A stretch of 64,000 nt of DNA from an uncultured Dehalococcoidales bacterium (GTDB taxonomy: Bacteria > Chloroflexota > Dehalococcoidia > GIF9 > UBA5629), in assembly GCA_964400675.1 (NCBI GenBank), contig CAYNVO010000001.1, forward strand, positions 139,919 through 203,918, in the 5' to 3' direction. This document shows positions 18,438-27,874 of the stretch, piece after piece. Position 1 is the stretch's first letter. Every line of letters begins with the position of its first letter. A program made the translations under genes and the position numbers. The notes below the pieces were generated by a model, which saw nothing but the letters and a program-made list of their open reading frames with translations, made no database searches and was not told where the DNA came from.

Positions 18438-19643
18438 ATGGCAAAGACAATTGCTGAGATTAACGGAAAAATCAAAAAAGGTCAGGCGGTGGTAGTTACT
18501 GCCGAGGAAATAATTGATATCGCCAGGAAAAAGGGTGTCAGCCAGGCGGCTAAAGAAGTTGACGTGGTGACCACCGGAACATTCGGGCCGATGTGCGGCT
18601 CAGGCGCTTACTTTAACGTCGGGCATACCAAGCCGAGAATTAAGCTTGGTGGAGGCAAGGTCTATCTGAATGATGTTCCCGCCTATACAGGGATAGCCGC
18701 TGTGGATTTCTTTCTGGGGGCAACGGCTTTACCTGATGATGACCCCAAGAACAGAATCTATCCCGGCGAGTTCAGATACGGCGGCGGGCATGTAATAGAA
18801 GAGCTTGTAGCCGGCAAGGATGTCAGACTGGAGGCTGTTGCTTATGGCACCGATTGCTATCCCAGGAAAAAGCTGGAAACCTTGATTAATATCAAGGATA
18901 TAAACGAGGCGGTTTTATTCAATATGAGGAACGCCTATCAAAATTACAATGTGGCGGTGAACCTGTCCGACCGGATTATATATACCTACATGGGGGTGCT
19001 AAAACCGAAGTTGGGAAATGCCAATTACTCGACTTCCGGTCAGCTTTCCCCGTTGTTCAATGACCCGCATTATAAGACCGTAGGCATCGGTACCAAGATA
19101 TTTCTCGGCGGCGGCATCGGCTATGTTGCCTGGCAGGGAACACAGCATAACCCGAATGTTTTGCGGGGCGACAATGGAGTGCCAAAGAGAGGTGCCGGCA
19201 CGCTTGCCGTTATCGGCGACCTGAAGCAAATGAAACCCAAATGGCTGGTGGGCACGAGTTTTCTCGGCTATGGCTGCACGATGACTGTAGGTATTGGAGT
19301 TCCTATACCTGTTCTATCTGAAGAGATGCTCCGCTATACACTGGTGACAGATGCTGAGATTTTTGCCCCCGTGGTCGATTATGCCGAAGCTTACCCCCAG
19401 AGAAAGCCGGACATTCTGACCGAGGTTAGCTATGCCGAGCTAAAGAGCGGTGAGATTAAAGTTAAGGGTCAGGAAGTCCCCACTGCTTCTCTGTCCAGCT
19501 ATTCGAGAGCGGTGGAGATTGCCGGTATCTTGAAGGAGTGGATAAAGAAGGGCGAGTTCTTGTTGACTGAGCCGGTGACGCCATTGCCCGGTGTGGAATC
19601 GGGAATAGTCTTCAAGCCGCTTGAGGAACGTCCGCTTCCGTAA
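18438..19643 (+). CDS. COG1900/DUF39 homocysteine-biosynthesis protein (L-aspartate-semialdehyde sulfurtransferase-like, methanogen MA1821-type)
   Basis: 401 aa; the N-terminus MAKTIAEINGKIKKGQAVVVTAEE...VDVVTTGTFGPMCGSGAYFN is typical of the family. Followed by a NIL-ferredoxin partner. Confidence 0.75.
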   Translation: MAKTIAEINGKIKKGQAVVVTAEEIIDIARKKGVSQAAKEVDVVTTGTFGPMCGSGAYFNVGHTKPRIKLGGGKVYLNDVPAYTGIAAVDFFLGATALPDDDPKNRIYPGEFRYGGGHVIEELVAGKDVRLEAVAYGTDCYPRKKLETLINIKDINEAVLFNMRNAYQNYNVAVNLSDRIIYTYMGVLKPKLGNANYSTSGQLSPLFNDPHYKTVGIGTKIFLGGGIGYVAWQGTQHNPNVLRGDNGVPKRGAGTLAVIGDLKQMKPKWLVGTSFLGYGCTMTVGIGVPIPVLSEEMLRYTLVTDAEIFAPVVDYAEAYPQRKPDILTEVSYAELKSGEIKVKGQEVPTASLSSYSRAVEIAGILKEWIKKGEFLLTEPVTPLPGVESGIVFKPLEERPLP

Positions 19644-19658
19644 AAAAGGAGGGAGAAG

Positions 19659-20072
19659 ATGGCTACTGTTTCGAAAAGATTGGTTTTGCACTTTCCTAAG
19701 CGTTTAACAAACGAGCCTATAGTTTACAAACTGGTGAAAGATTTTGACCTTGAGTTTAATATCCTAAAGGCTTCAGTTACCCCCGGGGAGGAGGGGCTTC
19801 TGGTCATGGAATTAACCGGAGAGCAGAGGGGCTATGATAAGGGGGTGAAATACCTTACTGAGACCGGGGTGAAGATTCAATCCCTGAGCCAGGATGTGGT
19901 CTGGAATGAATCGAGATGTACTCATTGTGGTGCCTGCATTACTCTGTGTCCTACCGGGGCATTTTCTGTCGACCCGAAGACTCGAAAGGTAATTTTCGAC
20001 AATAGCAAATGCGTTGTCTGCGAGATGTGCATCAAAGCCTGTCCGCCTCGAGCCATGGAGCTGTATTTTTAG
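19659..20072 (+). CDS. NIL-domain protein fused to a 2x[4Fe-4S] ferredoxin (MA1822-type partner of COG1900)
   Basis: 137 aa; CTHCGACITLCP and CVVCEMCIKACP cluster motifs after an N-terminal NIL-like domain. Confidence 0.75.
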   Translation: MATVSKRLVLHFPKRLTNEPIVYKLVKDFDLEFNILKASVTPGEEGLLVMELTGEQRGYDKGVKYLTETGVKIQSLSQDVVWNESRCTHCGACITLCPTGAFSVDPKTRKVIFDNSKCVVCEMCIKACPPRAMELYF

Positions 20073-20112
20073 GGATTTACATCTATTAGGCTGGCCACAT
20101 GGCAAATTAGGC

Positions 20113-20275
20113 TGCCATTCTGAGCGTAGCGAAGAATCTATAGCATTGTTCAAAGCAGACCTGGAGAGGAGTTTAAGTCCCACTACCTTTAGCGGGTTAT
20201 ACAGTGTGAGATTCTTCGGTCGCTCCGCTCCCTCAGAATGGCAAAGGGGTGATTGGCTCCCTCAGAATGACAAAG
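20113..20275. repeat. REP/MITE-like palindromic element, copy C (gccattctgagcgtagcgaagaatct ... agattcttcggtcgctccgctccctcagaatggc, plus ctccctcagaatgacaaag)
   Basis: Inverted repeat read directly. It explains the spurious N-terminal extension (CHSERSEESIALF) of ORF 20014. Confidence 0.8.
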
Positions 20276-20295
20276 GGCGAGAATGGTGTTCTAAC

Positions 20296-21018
20296 ATGTA
20301 CCAGCCGAGGACTTATCGTTGCTGGATTAAAGACGACGATTTAGTTTCCTTCGATGTTGCCGTTAAGGAGACCGACCTCTATATTCGAGCGGCAGGCAAG
20401 CTCGAAGCCGAAGCCATAGAAGCGGTCATAAGACACCGCACGCCGCTTGAAGAGTATATCAAAAATCACCCGCTTTTCCTCCATAGTTTGGAGCCTTGTT
20501 CTGTTGAGGAGGATGCTCCGGCTATTGTCAGAGATATGGCACAGGCTGCCCGGATAGCCGGCGTTGGTCCGATGGCAGCCGTGGCTGGAGCTATTGCTGA
20601 GGCTGTGGGCAAAGACCTGCTTGCCCATACGCCGGAGGTAATCGTCGAAAATGGCGGTGATATTTTTATCAGGGTTTTGCGACCCAGGCTGATTGGTGTT
20701 TATGCCGGTGAATCGCTCTTTACGGGCAAAATTGCCCTGGAGATAAATCCCGAGGAAACACCTCTGGGTGTCTGCACTTCTTCGGGAACTGTGGGACATT
20801 CGCTCAGCCTTGGCGCTGCTGATGCTGTGATTGCATTTTCACGTTCTACGGCGCTGGCTGATGCTGCGGCTACGGCAATCGGTAATAGAGTGGGTGATGC
20901 CGAGGATATCGATGTGGCCGTTGAGCAGGCTCAGGATATCAATGGACTGGCTGGCATACTCGTAATAAAAGGCGATAGGATGGGCATGTGGGGCAGCGTG
21001 AAGCTGGTGTCTCTATGA
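20296..21018 (+). CDS. UPF0280/COG2122-like protein (ApbE-superfamily, uncharacterised)
   Basis: Internal ATG start after the repeat element. VGPMAAVAGAIAEAVGKDLL...IVENGGDIF is typical of UPF0280. Confidence 0.55.
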   Translation: MYQPRTYRCWIKDDDLVSFDVAVKETDLYIRAAGKLEAEAIEAVIRHRTPLEEYIKNHPLFLHSLEPCSVEEDAPAIVRDMAQAARIAGVGPMAAVAGAIAEAVGKDLLAHTPEVIVENGGDIFIRVLRPRLIGVYAGESLFTGKIALEINPEETPLGVCTSSGTVGHSLSLGAADAVIAFSRSTALADAAATAIGNRVGDAEDIDVAVEQAQDINGLAGILVIKGDRMGMWGSVKLVSL

Positions 21019-21044
21019 GTGGGTACAACAGCATGTGAAGCTGT

Positions 21045-21722
21045 TTAGAATCCACCGCCGCAGCAAGCCACTGTAAACACAACGGATGCCTCAGCCTTAT
21101 CACCTCTACCATCAGTTACCAAGACAGTGACCGTGCAGTCGCCGGGAACACCGGGTGAAGTCCATCCAACCGTGCTTCCCTCTCCGTTAATTTTGCCACA
21201 CGTGGCTCTCCACAGATAATTTAGCTGGTCGCCATCCGGGTCCTCGGCTCTGCAATGAACGGTTATTGTTCTCCATTCCCTGACTCGATTCTGTTCGGTC
21301 ACCGGGGTTCCGTCTCTTGTTAGACCGATAATGACCGGAGGCTGGTTGGGCTTGTCTATAACAGTTATGGTCGTATACTTGCTGGTAGTACCACCCTTGT
21401 CATCTGTTACCGTGACCTCAACGTTGTAGTTGCCGGCAGTATCAGGCGTGACCCAGGTGATACTGCTGCCCTCTCCTTTGATAGTTCCGCTATCAGCCGA
21501 CCACTGATATGCCAGGCCGTCGCCATCGGCGTCGCTGGCTTCACAGGTTATCTGGGTTTCCGATAGAGTGGGAACCTCCTGTTCCGCTGTCAGGGAACTA
21601 ATGATGGGTGGTTCGTTTGGTGGTGGAGCTGGCGGAATCGGTGGAGCTGGTGGTAGAGTTGGTAAACAGGCGCTGTTTAATAGCAGCGCAGGGGTAAGCA
21701 ACAAAATGATTAACCCGGACAT
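21045..21722 (-). CDS. secreted protein with a signal peptide, a Pro-rich linker and two PKD/Ig-like repeats
   Basis: MSGLIILLLTPALLLNSACLP signal-like N-terminus; PPAPPIPPAPPPNEPP linker; two repeats with D.DGD..Y.W. Confidence 0.55.
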   Translation of the reverse strand: MSGLIILLLTPALLLNSACLPTLPPAPPIPPAPPPNEPPIISSLTAEQEVPTLSETQITCEASDADGDGLAYQWSADSGTIKGEGSSITWVTPDTAGNYNVEVTVTDDKGGTTSKYTTITVIDKPNQPPVIIGLTRDGTPVTEQNRVREWRTITVHCRAEDPDGDQLNYLWRATCGKINGEGSTVGWTSPGVPGDCTVTVLVTDGRGDKAEASVVFTVACCGGGF

Positions 21723-21763
21723 ATATTTTGCTGGCGATGTGTTCCATCTAATGTATATCATAT

Positions 21764-22324
21764 TTATTCCTTTTTGTCTTTATCCCCGGCTCCTTGTCCC
21801 AGTTTATTCAACCATGGCGGCGAAGACAGAAAGCCGCCGGGGTGCACAAATATTATAGTCATTGCCAGGGCAAAAAGCACAATATCGATAGCGAGAGATT
21901 GTACATGTGTGAGCGTGCCGAACATCTCTTCCCATATACCGAAGCATGCGCAGGAAGCGAATTTCATCCAACCATGGCTAATATACCATGAGTTATTGGC
22001 TATAAAGGCTATAATAAGCGGAAGTGATATAGCTGCCATGAGGCGAGGCCAGATGCTCAAAAGGAGAAGCATGCCCAGTGATAGTTCTACATAGGGGATA
22101 ATATAGGGGAACAAGATATCACCAAAAAAGAGTGCCACTTTAGGTGTTAGCCAGGCATTCGGCAGAATGGCACCGATGAACTGCATGGTCTGGCCGGGCA
22201 TCTCACCGAAACCGAACACCTTACCGCTACCTGCTATGAGCAGAGTAAGCCCCAGCAGTACGCCGGCTACCAGGCTTACCATTGACCTCACCCTATGGTG
22301 GCTTGCTTCAGTAGTATTTGACAT
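21764..22324 (-). CDS. DoxX/MauE-like integral membrane protein
   Basis: 186 aa with 4-5 hydrophobic helices. A 2-bp gap to the downstream secreted protein suggests an operon. Confidence 0.5.
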   Translation of the reverse strand: MSNTTEASHHRVRSMVSLVAGVLLGLTLLIAGSGKVFGFGEMPGQTMQFIGAILPNAWLTPKVALFFGDILFPYIIPYVELSLGMLLLLSIWPRLMAAISLPLIIAFIANNSWYISHGWMKFASCACFGIWEEMFGTLTHVQSLAIDIVLFALAMTIIFVHPGGFLSSPPWLNKLGQGAGDKDKKE

Positions 22325-22548
22325 AACATCGGTCCCCAGCTAGTTGTGCTGGACTTGACTAGTTCACTATTATAAATTACACTAGCTATTGTATGCAAAA
22401 ACCTGGCTGGTGCCGTTTCCTAGCTCGGCTTCCTCTTATAGTGGGGAGACCAGCTTGCCGGGGTATTCTTTGCGGCAACTTATATAGAGGTCTTGAGCCG
22501 TTAGAGACAGCAACAGAGACAGGGCATAACTTTCATAAGGAGGCATAG

Positions 22549-22842
22549 ATGGCTCTAGCGGACAAGACTTTGACTTGTAAAGACTGCGGTAGTAGCTTTA
22601 CTTTTACCGTAGGCGAGCAAGAGTTTTACAAGTCACGAGGGCTACAGAATGAGCCTGGTCGGTGCCCAGAGTGCCGAGCAGCTAAAAGACAGAGTCGCTA
22701 CCGGGGCTATGGTCAGCCCAGGGTTATGCATCAAGCAACATGTGCCAAATGTGGCGCTGATTGCGAGGTGCCTTTTGAGCCCAAAGATGACCGTCCCATT
22801 TATTGTAGCGCTTGCTACGCGGAAATGAAACAAAGTAGCTAA
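22549..22842 (+). CDS. CxxC zinc-ribbon protein (paralog 3; double zinc ribbon)
   Basis: 97 aa; LTCKDCGSSFTFTVGEQEFYKSRGLQNEPGRCPECRAAK plus a second ribbon CAKCG...CSAC. Confidence 0.6.
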   Translation: MALADKTLTCKDCGSSFTFTVGEQEFYKSRGLQNEPGRCPECRAAKRQSRYRGYGQPRVMHQATCAKCGADCEVPFEPKDDRPIYCSACYAEMKQSS

Positions 22843-22854
22843 AATAGCCCGATA

Positions 22855-22894
22855 CCCCTCTCAACAGTCTCCCCGCTGAGAGGGGTGTTTTTTT
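22855..22894 (+). terminator. rho-independent terminator (cccctctca...tgagagggg + tgttttttt)
   Basis: 9-bp GC-rich stem followed by a T7 tract immediately after the stop at 22842. Confidence 0.8.
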
Positions 22895-22929
22895 AATAGG
22901 CTGGTTTACCCGTAAGCTGTTCTGAAAAA

Positions 22930-23223
22930 ATGAATGCTGGTATTTGCAGGATAAAACTTCACCTTTCGGATAGTCAATCGCTCAAGGATAAAAGACGAGT
23001 AGTGAAATCTATTACCTCTAGGCTTCGGAGTCAGTATAATATCTCTGTAGCAGAGGTAGATGACCAGGATTTGTGGCAGCTGGTGACCCTGGGAATAGCT
23101 TGTGTTAGCAACCATAACCAGCATGTTGAGGAGATTTTATCCAAGGTGATGAATTTCATAGTCAATAATTACCCCGAGCTGGAAATTATAGACCACCAGA
23201 AAGAGATTTTTTCCGGTCCATAG
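22930..23223 (+). CDS. DUF503 (YlxP-like) protein
   Basis: 97 aa; GICRIKLHLSDSQSLKDKRRVVKSI matches the DUF503 N-terminal signature. Confidence 0.7.
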   Translation: MNAGICRIKLHLSDSQSLKDKRRVVKSITSRLRSQYNISVAEVDDQDLWQLVTLGIACVSNHNQHVEEILSKVMNFIVNNYPELEIIDHQKEIFSGP

Positions 23224-23247
23224 CCTGTAGCCGTTTAAACGATTTCA

Positions 23248-25530
23248 ATGTATGTTGAAGCTTTCCTGCACCACCTCTTGACTTCACCTGATTATAAGCA
23301 GCAGATTGCTCACACCCAGTTTATTCCGTCGCATAATGCCACTTTTGGAGAAATAGATAAGCCTCTCCATTCTGCTCTGCAAGCATGTCTAGAGTCTTCA
23401 GGTATATCGTCTTTGTATACTCATCAAGCCGGGGCTATTAACGCAGCTCGTCTTGGCAAGAATGTAATGGTGGCTACAGCCAGCGCCAGCGGCAAGACAC
23501 TGTGCTATAACCTGGCGGTCATGGAGGCTATACTAAAAGACTCAAGCAGTCGGGCTTTGTATCTTTTCCCGACCAAGGCTCTGGCACAAGACCAGCTGCG
23601 AAGCTTGAACGAGCTAGCTTGCCCTGAGCTTATTTCTTCCGGGAGCTGCGCTACGTTTGATGGTGATACGCCGCAATCTGAGCGGGCTGAGATAAAAAAG
23701 AAAGCCCGGGTCGTGCTCACCAATCCCGACATGCTTCATTTGGGCATTTTGCCTAATCATAAATCATGGTCGAGGTTATTTCGTAACTTGAAATATGTTG
23801 TAGTGGATGAAGCTCATGTCTATCGTGGAATTTTCGGTTCTCATGTAGCCAATGTTTTGCGTCGTCTGCGTCGCCTTTGCGCCTATTATGGCTCCAGGCC
23901 ACAGTTTATTTGTTGTTCGGCGACTATCGCCAACCCTGAAGAGCATGCTGAAAAGCTCGTTGGGCTACCTTTCGAGGTAATCACTGATGATGGTTCGCCT
24001 CACGGTGGCAAGTCCTTTGTCTTCTGGAATCCGCCGTTTATTAATGAGAAGGGGACGGGCAGGCGCAGCTCCAATAGCGAAGCTACCTTTCTTTTCACTG
24101 AACTAGTTCGAAATGGCATTCGTAGCCTGGTTTTTACCCGAACCCGAAAGCTGACCGAACTCATTTACATTTATACTCGGGAGCAACTGGGTTCTTCTCT
24201 TGGTCAGCTAATCAAGCCTTATCGGGCGGGTTATCTTCCCGAAGACAGGAGACAGATTGAGCGGGAGTTGTTCGATGGTCATCTACTGGGTGTTGTGGCT
24301 ACCACTGCCTTGGAACTGGGGGTTGATATCGGTGACCTGGAAGCTACCGTGCTTGTCGGTTACCCGGGAAGTATTGCCAGCACCTGGCAGCAGGCAGGTC
24401 GTAGCGGCAGAGGTGCTGGACAATCTTTGAGCTTTCTTATTGCTCAGGACAATCCGCTCGACCAGTATTTTATGCACCACCCGGATTACTTCTTCGGCAA
24501 AAACTTTGAGAATGCATTGATAAACCCGGAAAACCTTAATATTCTCAAGCCCCATCTTCTTTGCGGCGCCTGGGAGCAGCCCCTTACCGATGTTGATGGC
24601 GCGCTATTTGGTGCTGCCTTCGATTTAGCGCTCTCTGAACTGGAAGCGGAGGGCAAGGTTAGAAGAAGCGGTGGGCGGCGGTATCTTTCTCCCAGAATAT
24701 CGCATCCAGCCCAGGAGATTAATATCAGGTCTGCCTCCGGTAAGAATTACGCTGTTATCGATGCCTCTCGAGGCTACGAGTTAATAGAGACAGTAGAAGC
24801 CAGCGTTGCCTTTTTCCAGATACATCCCGGAGCTATTTATCTTCATCAAGGAGATTCTTATTTGGTGAAGGAGATGGACCGTGAGAATCACGTGGCTATA
24901 GTGGTACCGACCGATGTCACTTATTACACGCAGACCAAGGAAATAACTGACATCAAGATTTTAAGAACTGAGCAGGAGAGACAATGCTCGGGCGTAAAAG
25001 TCTGCTTTGGTGAAGTTGATGTAACCAATACAGTGGTCGGTTTCAAGAAGAAAATGCAGTTCACGGAAGAGGTCATTGGTGAGGAGTCTCTTGACCTGCC
25101 GCCACTGCGTTTTGTCACACAGGCTTTGTGGTTTGAATTGCCCGAGGCAGCCATTGAGCGAGTAGCTGGAGCCGGGTTTGATTTTGCTGGCGGCTTGCAT
25201 GCTGTTGAGCATGCGGCTATTGCCATGTTGCCTCTGTTTGCCCTGTGTGACCGCAATGATATCGGTGGTGTCTCTACTCCCTTCCATCCTGATACGGGGA
25301 AGGCACAAATCTTTATCTATGATGCTTATCCCGGAGGCATTGGTATTACGGCAAAGGGCTTTGAGATGATAAATGAACTATGGTCAGCTACGTTGCAGGC
25401 GATTGAGGAATGTCCCTGCCAGGATGGCTGTCCTAGCTGTATCCAATCGCCCAAGTGCGGCAACAACAACGAGCCACTGGATAAGCAAGCAGCTCTGGCG
25501 TTGCTGCAGGGACTGCTGGGCATCAAGTGA
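23248..25530 (+). CDS. DEAD/DEAH-box helicase with C-terminal DUF1998 (MrfA/YprA-like; related to the DISARM DrmA+DrmB domain pair)
   Basis: 760 aa; Walker A ATASASGKT, DEAH-like VVDEAH, and C-terminal Cys cluster CPCQDGCPSCIQSPKCGNNNE (DUF1998/MrfA zinc-binding domain). Confidence 0.85.
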   Translation: MYVEAFLHHLLTSPDYKQQIAHTQFIPSHNATFGEIDKPLHSALQACLESSGISSLYTHQAGAINAARLGKNVMVATASASGKTLCYNLAVMEAILKDSSSRALYLFPTKALAQDQLRSLNELACPELISSGSCATFDGDTPQSERAEIKKKARVVLTNPDMLHLGILPNHKSWSRLFRNLKYVVVDEAHVYRGIFGSHVANVLRRLRRLCAYYGSRPQFICCSATIANPEEHAEKLVGLPFEVITDDGSPHGGKSFVFWNPPFINEKGTGRRSSNSEATFLFTELVRNGIRSLVFTRTRKLTELIYIYTREQLGSSLGQLIKPYRAGYLPEDRRQIERELFDGHLLGVVATTALELGVDIGDLEATVLVGYPGSIASTWQQAGRSGRGAGQSLSFLIAQDNPLDQYFMHHPDYFFGKNFENALINPENLNILKPHLLCGAWEQPLTDVDGALFGAAFDLALSELEAEGKVRRSGGRRYLSPRISHPAQEINIRSASGKNYAVIDASRGYELIETVEASVAFFQIHPGAIYLHQGDSYLVKEMDRENHVAIVVPTDVTYYTQTKEITDIKILRTEQERQCSGVKVCFGEVDVTNTVVGFKKKMQFTEEVIGEESLDLPPLRFVTQALWFELPEAAIERVAGAGFDFAGGLHAVEHAAIAMLPLFALCDRNDIGGVSTPFHPDTGKAQIFIYDAYPGGIGITAKGFEMINELWSATLQAIEECPCQDGCPSCIQSPKCGNNNEPLDKQAALALLQGLLGIK

Positions 25531-25547
25531 CCTATTGATATTCTGCT

Positions 25548-25714
25548 GTCATTCTGAGCGAAGCGAAGAATCCCTACATTTGAAATTCTTCGGTCACTTC
25601 GCTCGCTCAGAATGACAAGAGAAGCTACTGAGATTGCCACGTCGCTGGCGCTCCTCGCAATGACAGGGAAAGAAGGCGAAGATTGTTTTGTTGGGGTGCT
25701 CCTCGAAACGACAG
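25548..25714. repeat. REP/MITE-like palindromic element, copy D (near-perfect hairpin gtcattctgagcgaagcgaagaat...attcttcggtcacttcgctcgctcagaatgac, plus two cgcaatgacag / cgaaacgacag half-sites)
   Basis: Inverted repeat read directly, 3' of the helicase gene. Confidence 0.85.
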
Positions 25715-25719
25715 ATATA

Positions 25720-25748
25720 TTGCTAATGCAACAATGTTGCATTAGCAA
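25720..25748. promoter_or_regulatory. perfect 14-1-14 palindrome ttgctaatgcaaca-a-tgttgcattagcaa; putative Zur/Fur-family operator upstream of zur-znuABC
   Basis: Palindrome read directly, 25 bp upstream of the Fur-family regulator gene. Confidence 0.55.
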
Positions 25749-25772
25749 TAGTGATATTATAAAATTGAGCCT

Positions 25773-26207
25773 ATGCTTCAGATTTATGATGAACTCAAGG
25801 TCTTACGCAGCAGGGGCTACAAGGTCACTGAGCCTCGAAAGCGTGTGCTCAGGGTTTTAGCAGAGGCACAGAGGCCTGTATCGCCTTATGACATACAAGA
25901 GATTCTAGAGGGAAATGGTAAGCACATACACCATGTCACCATTTACCGCATTCTCGATTTGTTTTGTTCGCTTAATCTGGCTCACAGGGTGTCGTCGCTA
26001 GGTGGCTTTGTGCGGTGTACGCTAGGTGCAAAAGCAGGCTGCCATCGCTTTTTGATGTGCCGGGAGTGCGGTGCTTTCCAGGAGTTTGCCGACGAGGCAC
26101 TGTGTGATGAGGAAAAAGAAATTGCCCGGGACCTAGGTTTCTATACTGAACAGCATTTAGCTGAATCGGTTGGTCTATGTTACGACTGCAAGAAGGACAA
26201 ACAATGA
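25773..26207 (+). CDS. zur: Fur-family transcriptional regulator (likely Zur)
   Basis: 144 aa; wHTH N-terminus and a C-terminal CxxC...CxxC (CRECG...CYDC). First gene of the znuABC cluster. Confidence 0.8.
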   Translation: MLQIYDELKVLRSRGYKVTEPRKRVLRVLAEAQRPVSPYDIQEILEGNGKHIHHVTIYRILDLFCSLNLAHRVSSLGGFVRCTLGAKAGCHRFLMCRECGAFQEFADEALCDEEKEIARDLGFYTEQHLAESVGLCYDCKKDKQ

Positions 26208-27109
26208 GAAAGTATTATGCAGTGTCGCTCTCACTTATTTCGTTGATATTGCTCGTGCTGGCATTTTTAGTTATCTCTTGCCATGAGACAAATCAACCAG
26301 ATGGCAAAATAGGGGTGGTTGTTAGCATAGCACCGCAGGCTGATTTTGTGGAGGCTGTTGGCGGAGAAAAAGTAATTGTTACTGTCATGGTGCCACCAGG
26401 GGCCGACCCTCATACCTACGAGCCGACTCCCAGTCAGATGGTAGGGGTCAGCAAGGCGAATATGTATGCTAAAGTGGGCTCTGGCATAGAATTCGAATTA
26501 GCCTGGATGGACAAGATTAGCCAGCAGAATAAGAAAATGCTGGTTGTTGACTGCTCGAAGAGCATACAGATGATGGAGATGGAGGAACATCACGCTGATG
26601 AACATGATGATAAGCAACATCAAGGCGAGGACCCTCATATCTGGCTTTCCCCCCAGAATGCCAAATTAATGGTGGGGGACATTTGTAGCGGCTTAATTAA
26701 AGTCGACCATCAAAATGAGTCATATTACACTCGAAATAGAGACGAGTATCTGGCGAAGCTAGATGCGCTGGATAAGGATATTAGGGAGGGGCTCTCTGGG
26801 GTTATAAATAGACGTTTTATTGTCTTTCATCCGGCTTGGGGGTATTTCGCCAGGGGCTATGGCTTGGAGCAGATATCGATAGAAATTGGTGGCAAGGAGC
26901 CGAGTGCGAAGGATATTGCCGATTTGATACAAAAAGCCAAGGAACTAGGTATCAAGATTATTTTTGCTGAGCCTCAATTTAATCCAAGAAGTGCCGAAAT
27001 CATTGCCAAGGAAATTGGTGGCAGAGTTGTATTTATAGATCCGTTGGCTGAAGATTATATCGGCAATATGCGTTTGGTTCTAGATGAGCTAGTTAAAGCA
27101 ATGGAGTAA
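26204..27109 (+). CDS. znuA: zinc ABC transporter substrate-binding lipoprotein ZnuA-like
   Basis: Lipoprotein-like N-terminus ...LVISC; His/Asp-rich loop HHADEHDDKQHQGEDPH typical of ZnuA. Confidence 0.8.
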   Translation: MRKYYAVSLSLISLILLVLAFLVISCHETNQPDGKIGVVVSIAPQADFVEAVGGEKVIVTVMVPPGADPHTYEPTPSQMVGVSKANMYAKVGSGIEFELAWMDKISQQNKKMLVVDCSKSIQMMEMEEHHADEHDDKQHQGEDPHIWLSPQNAKLMVGDICSGLIKVDHQNESYYTRNRDEYLAKLDALDKDIREGLSGVINRRFIVFHPAWGYFARGYGLEQISIEIGGKEPSAKDIADLIQKAKELGIKIIFAEPQFNPRSAEIIAKEIGGRVVFIDPLAEDYIGNMRLVLDELVKAME

Positions 27110-27111
27110 AA

Positions 27112-27867
27112 ATGACTAGCAAAGAGTTGGTCAAGTTGGAAAACATCTGGGTGCATTATGATAATGTAGCCATATTAGAGGATGTAAACTTATCTATAGA
27201 CCAGGATGACTTTCTGGGCATAATAGGACCTAACGGAGGAGGCAAAACAACCTTGCTTAAAGTCATTCTTGGGCTGGTGAAGCCAAGCCGAGGCGAAGTC
27301 ACCGTTCTCGGCAGCACTCCAGAGCGGAACAGGAAATTCATCGGCTATATTGCTCAGAGTAGTTTGTTTGACCATGACTTTCCCATAAGCGTCTTGGAGG
27401 TGGTGCTCATGGGGCGTTATGGGAAGGTGGGGTTAATAAAGCGGTTCAGCAACGAGGATAAAAATTTGGCTCTTAAAGCGCTGGAAACTGTCGAGATGCT
27501 TGATTACAAGGACAGGCAGATAGGTAGGCTCTCTGGAGGTGAGCAGCAGAGGGTTTTTATCGCCAGGGCTTTAGTAGCCGAGCCGAAGATGTTGCTTCTT
27601 GATGAGCCAACGACAGGCATTGATACGCCTATGCAGACTGAATTTTATGAATTATTAGCCGAGCTGAAGCACGCGATGGCAATAGTCTTGGTATCACATG
27701 ACATAAGTGCTGTTTCCATCTATGTTGACAAGATTGCTTGTCTAAATCACCAATTGTATTATCATGGGTCGAAAGAAGTTGGACCTGAGATACTGGAGGC
27801 TACCTATAAGTGTCCGGTGCAAATGATAGCCCACGGTGTGCCTCACCGGGTATTAAAGGAACATTGA
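27112..27867 (+). CDS. znuC: zinc ABC transporter ATP-binding protein
   Basis: Walker A GPNGGGKTT, signature LSGGEQQR, Walker B LLLDEP. Confidence 0.85.
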   Translation: MTSKELVKLENIWVHYDNVAILEDVNLSIDQDDFLGIIGPNGGGKTTLLKVILGLVKPSRGEVTVLGSTPERNRKFIGYIAQSSLFDHDFPISVLEVVLMGRYGKVGLIKRFSNEDKNLALKALETVEMLDYKDRQIGRLSGGEQQRVFIARALVAEPKMLLLDEPTTGIDTPMQTEFYELLAELKHAMAIVLVSHDISAVSIYVDKIACLNHQLYYHGSKEVGPEILEATYKCPVQMIAHGVPHRVLKEH

Positions 27868-27874
27868 GGGGTAA

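Noticed and set aside
20014-20295. N-terminal 94 aa of ORF 20014..21018
   Set aside because: It is translated from REP element copy C (..CHSERSEESIALF..). The real UPF0280 start is taken as the internal ATG at 20296.
25326-25860. ORFs 25326..25748(-), 25373..25615(+) and 25612..25860(+)
   Set aside because: They overlap the helicase 3' end and REP copy D plus the Zur operator, and are artefacts of the palindromic repeats.
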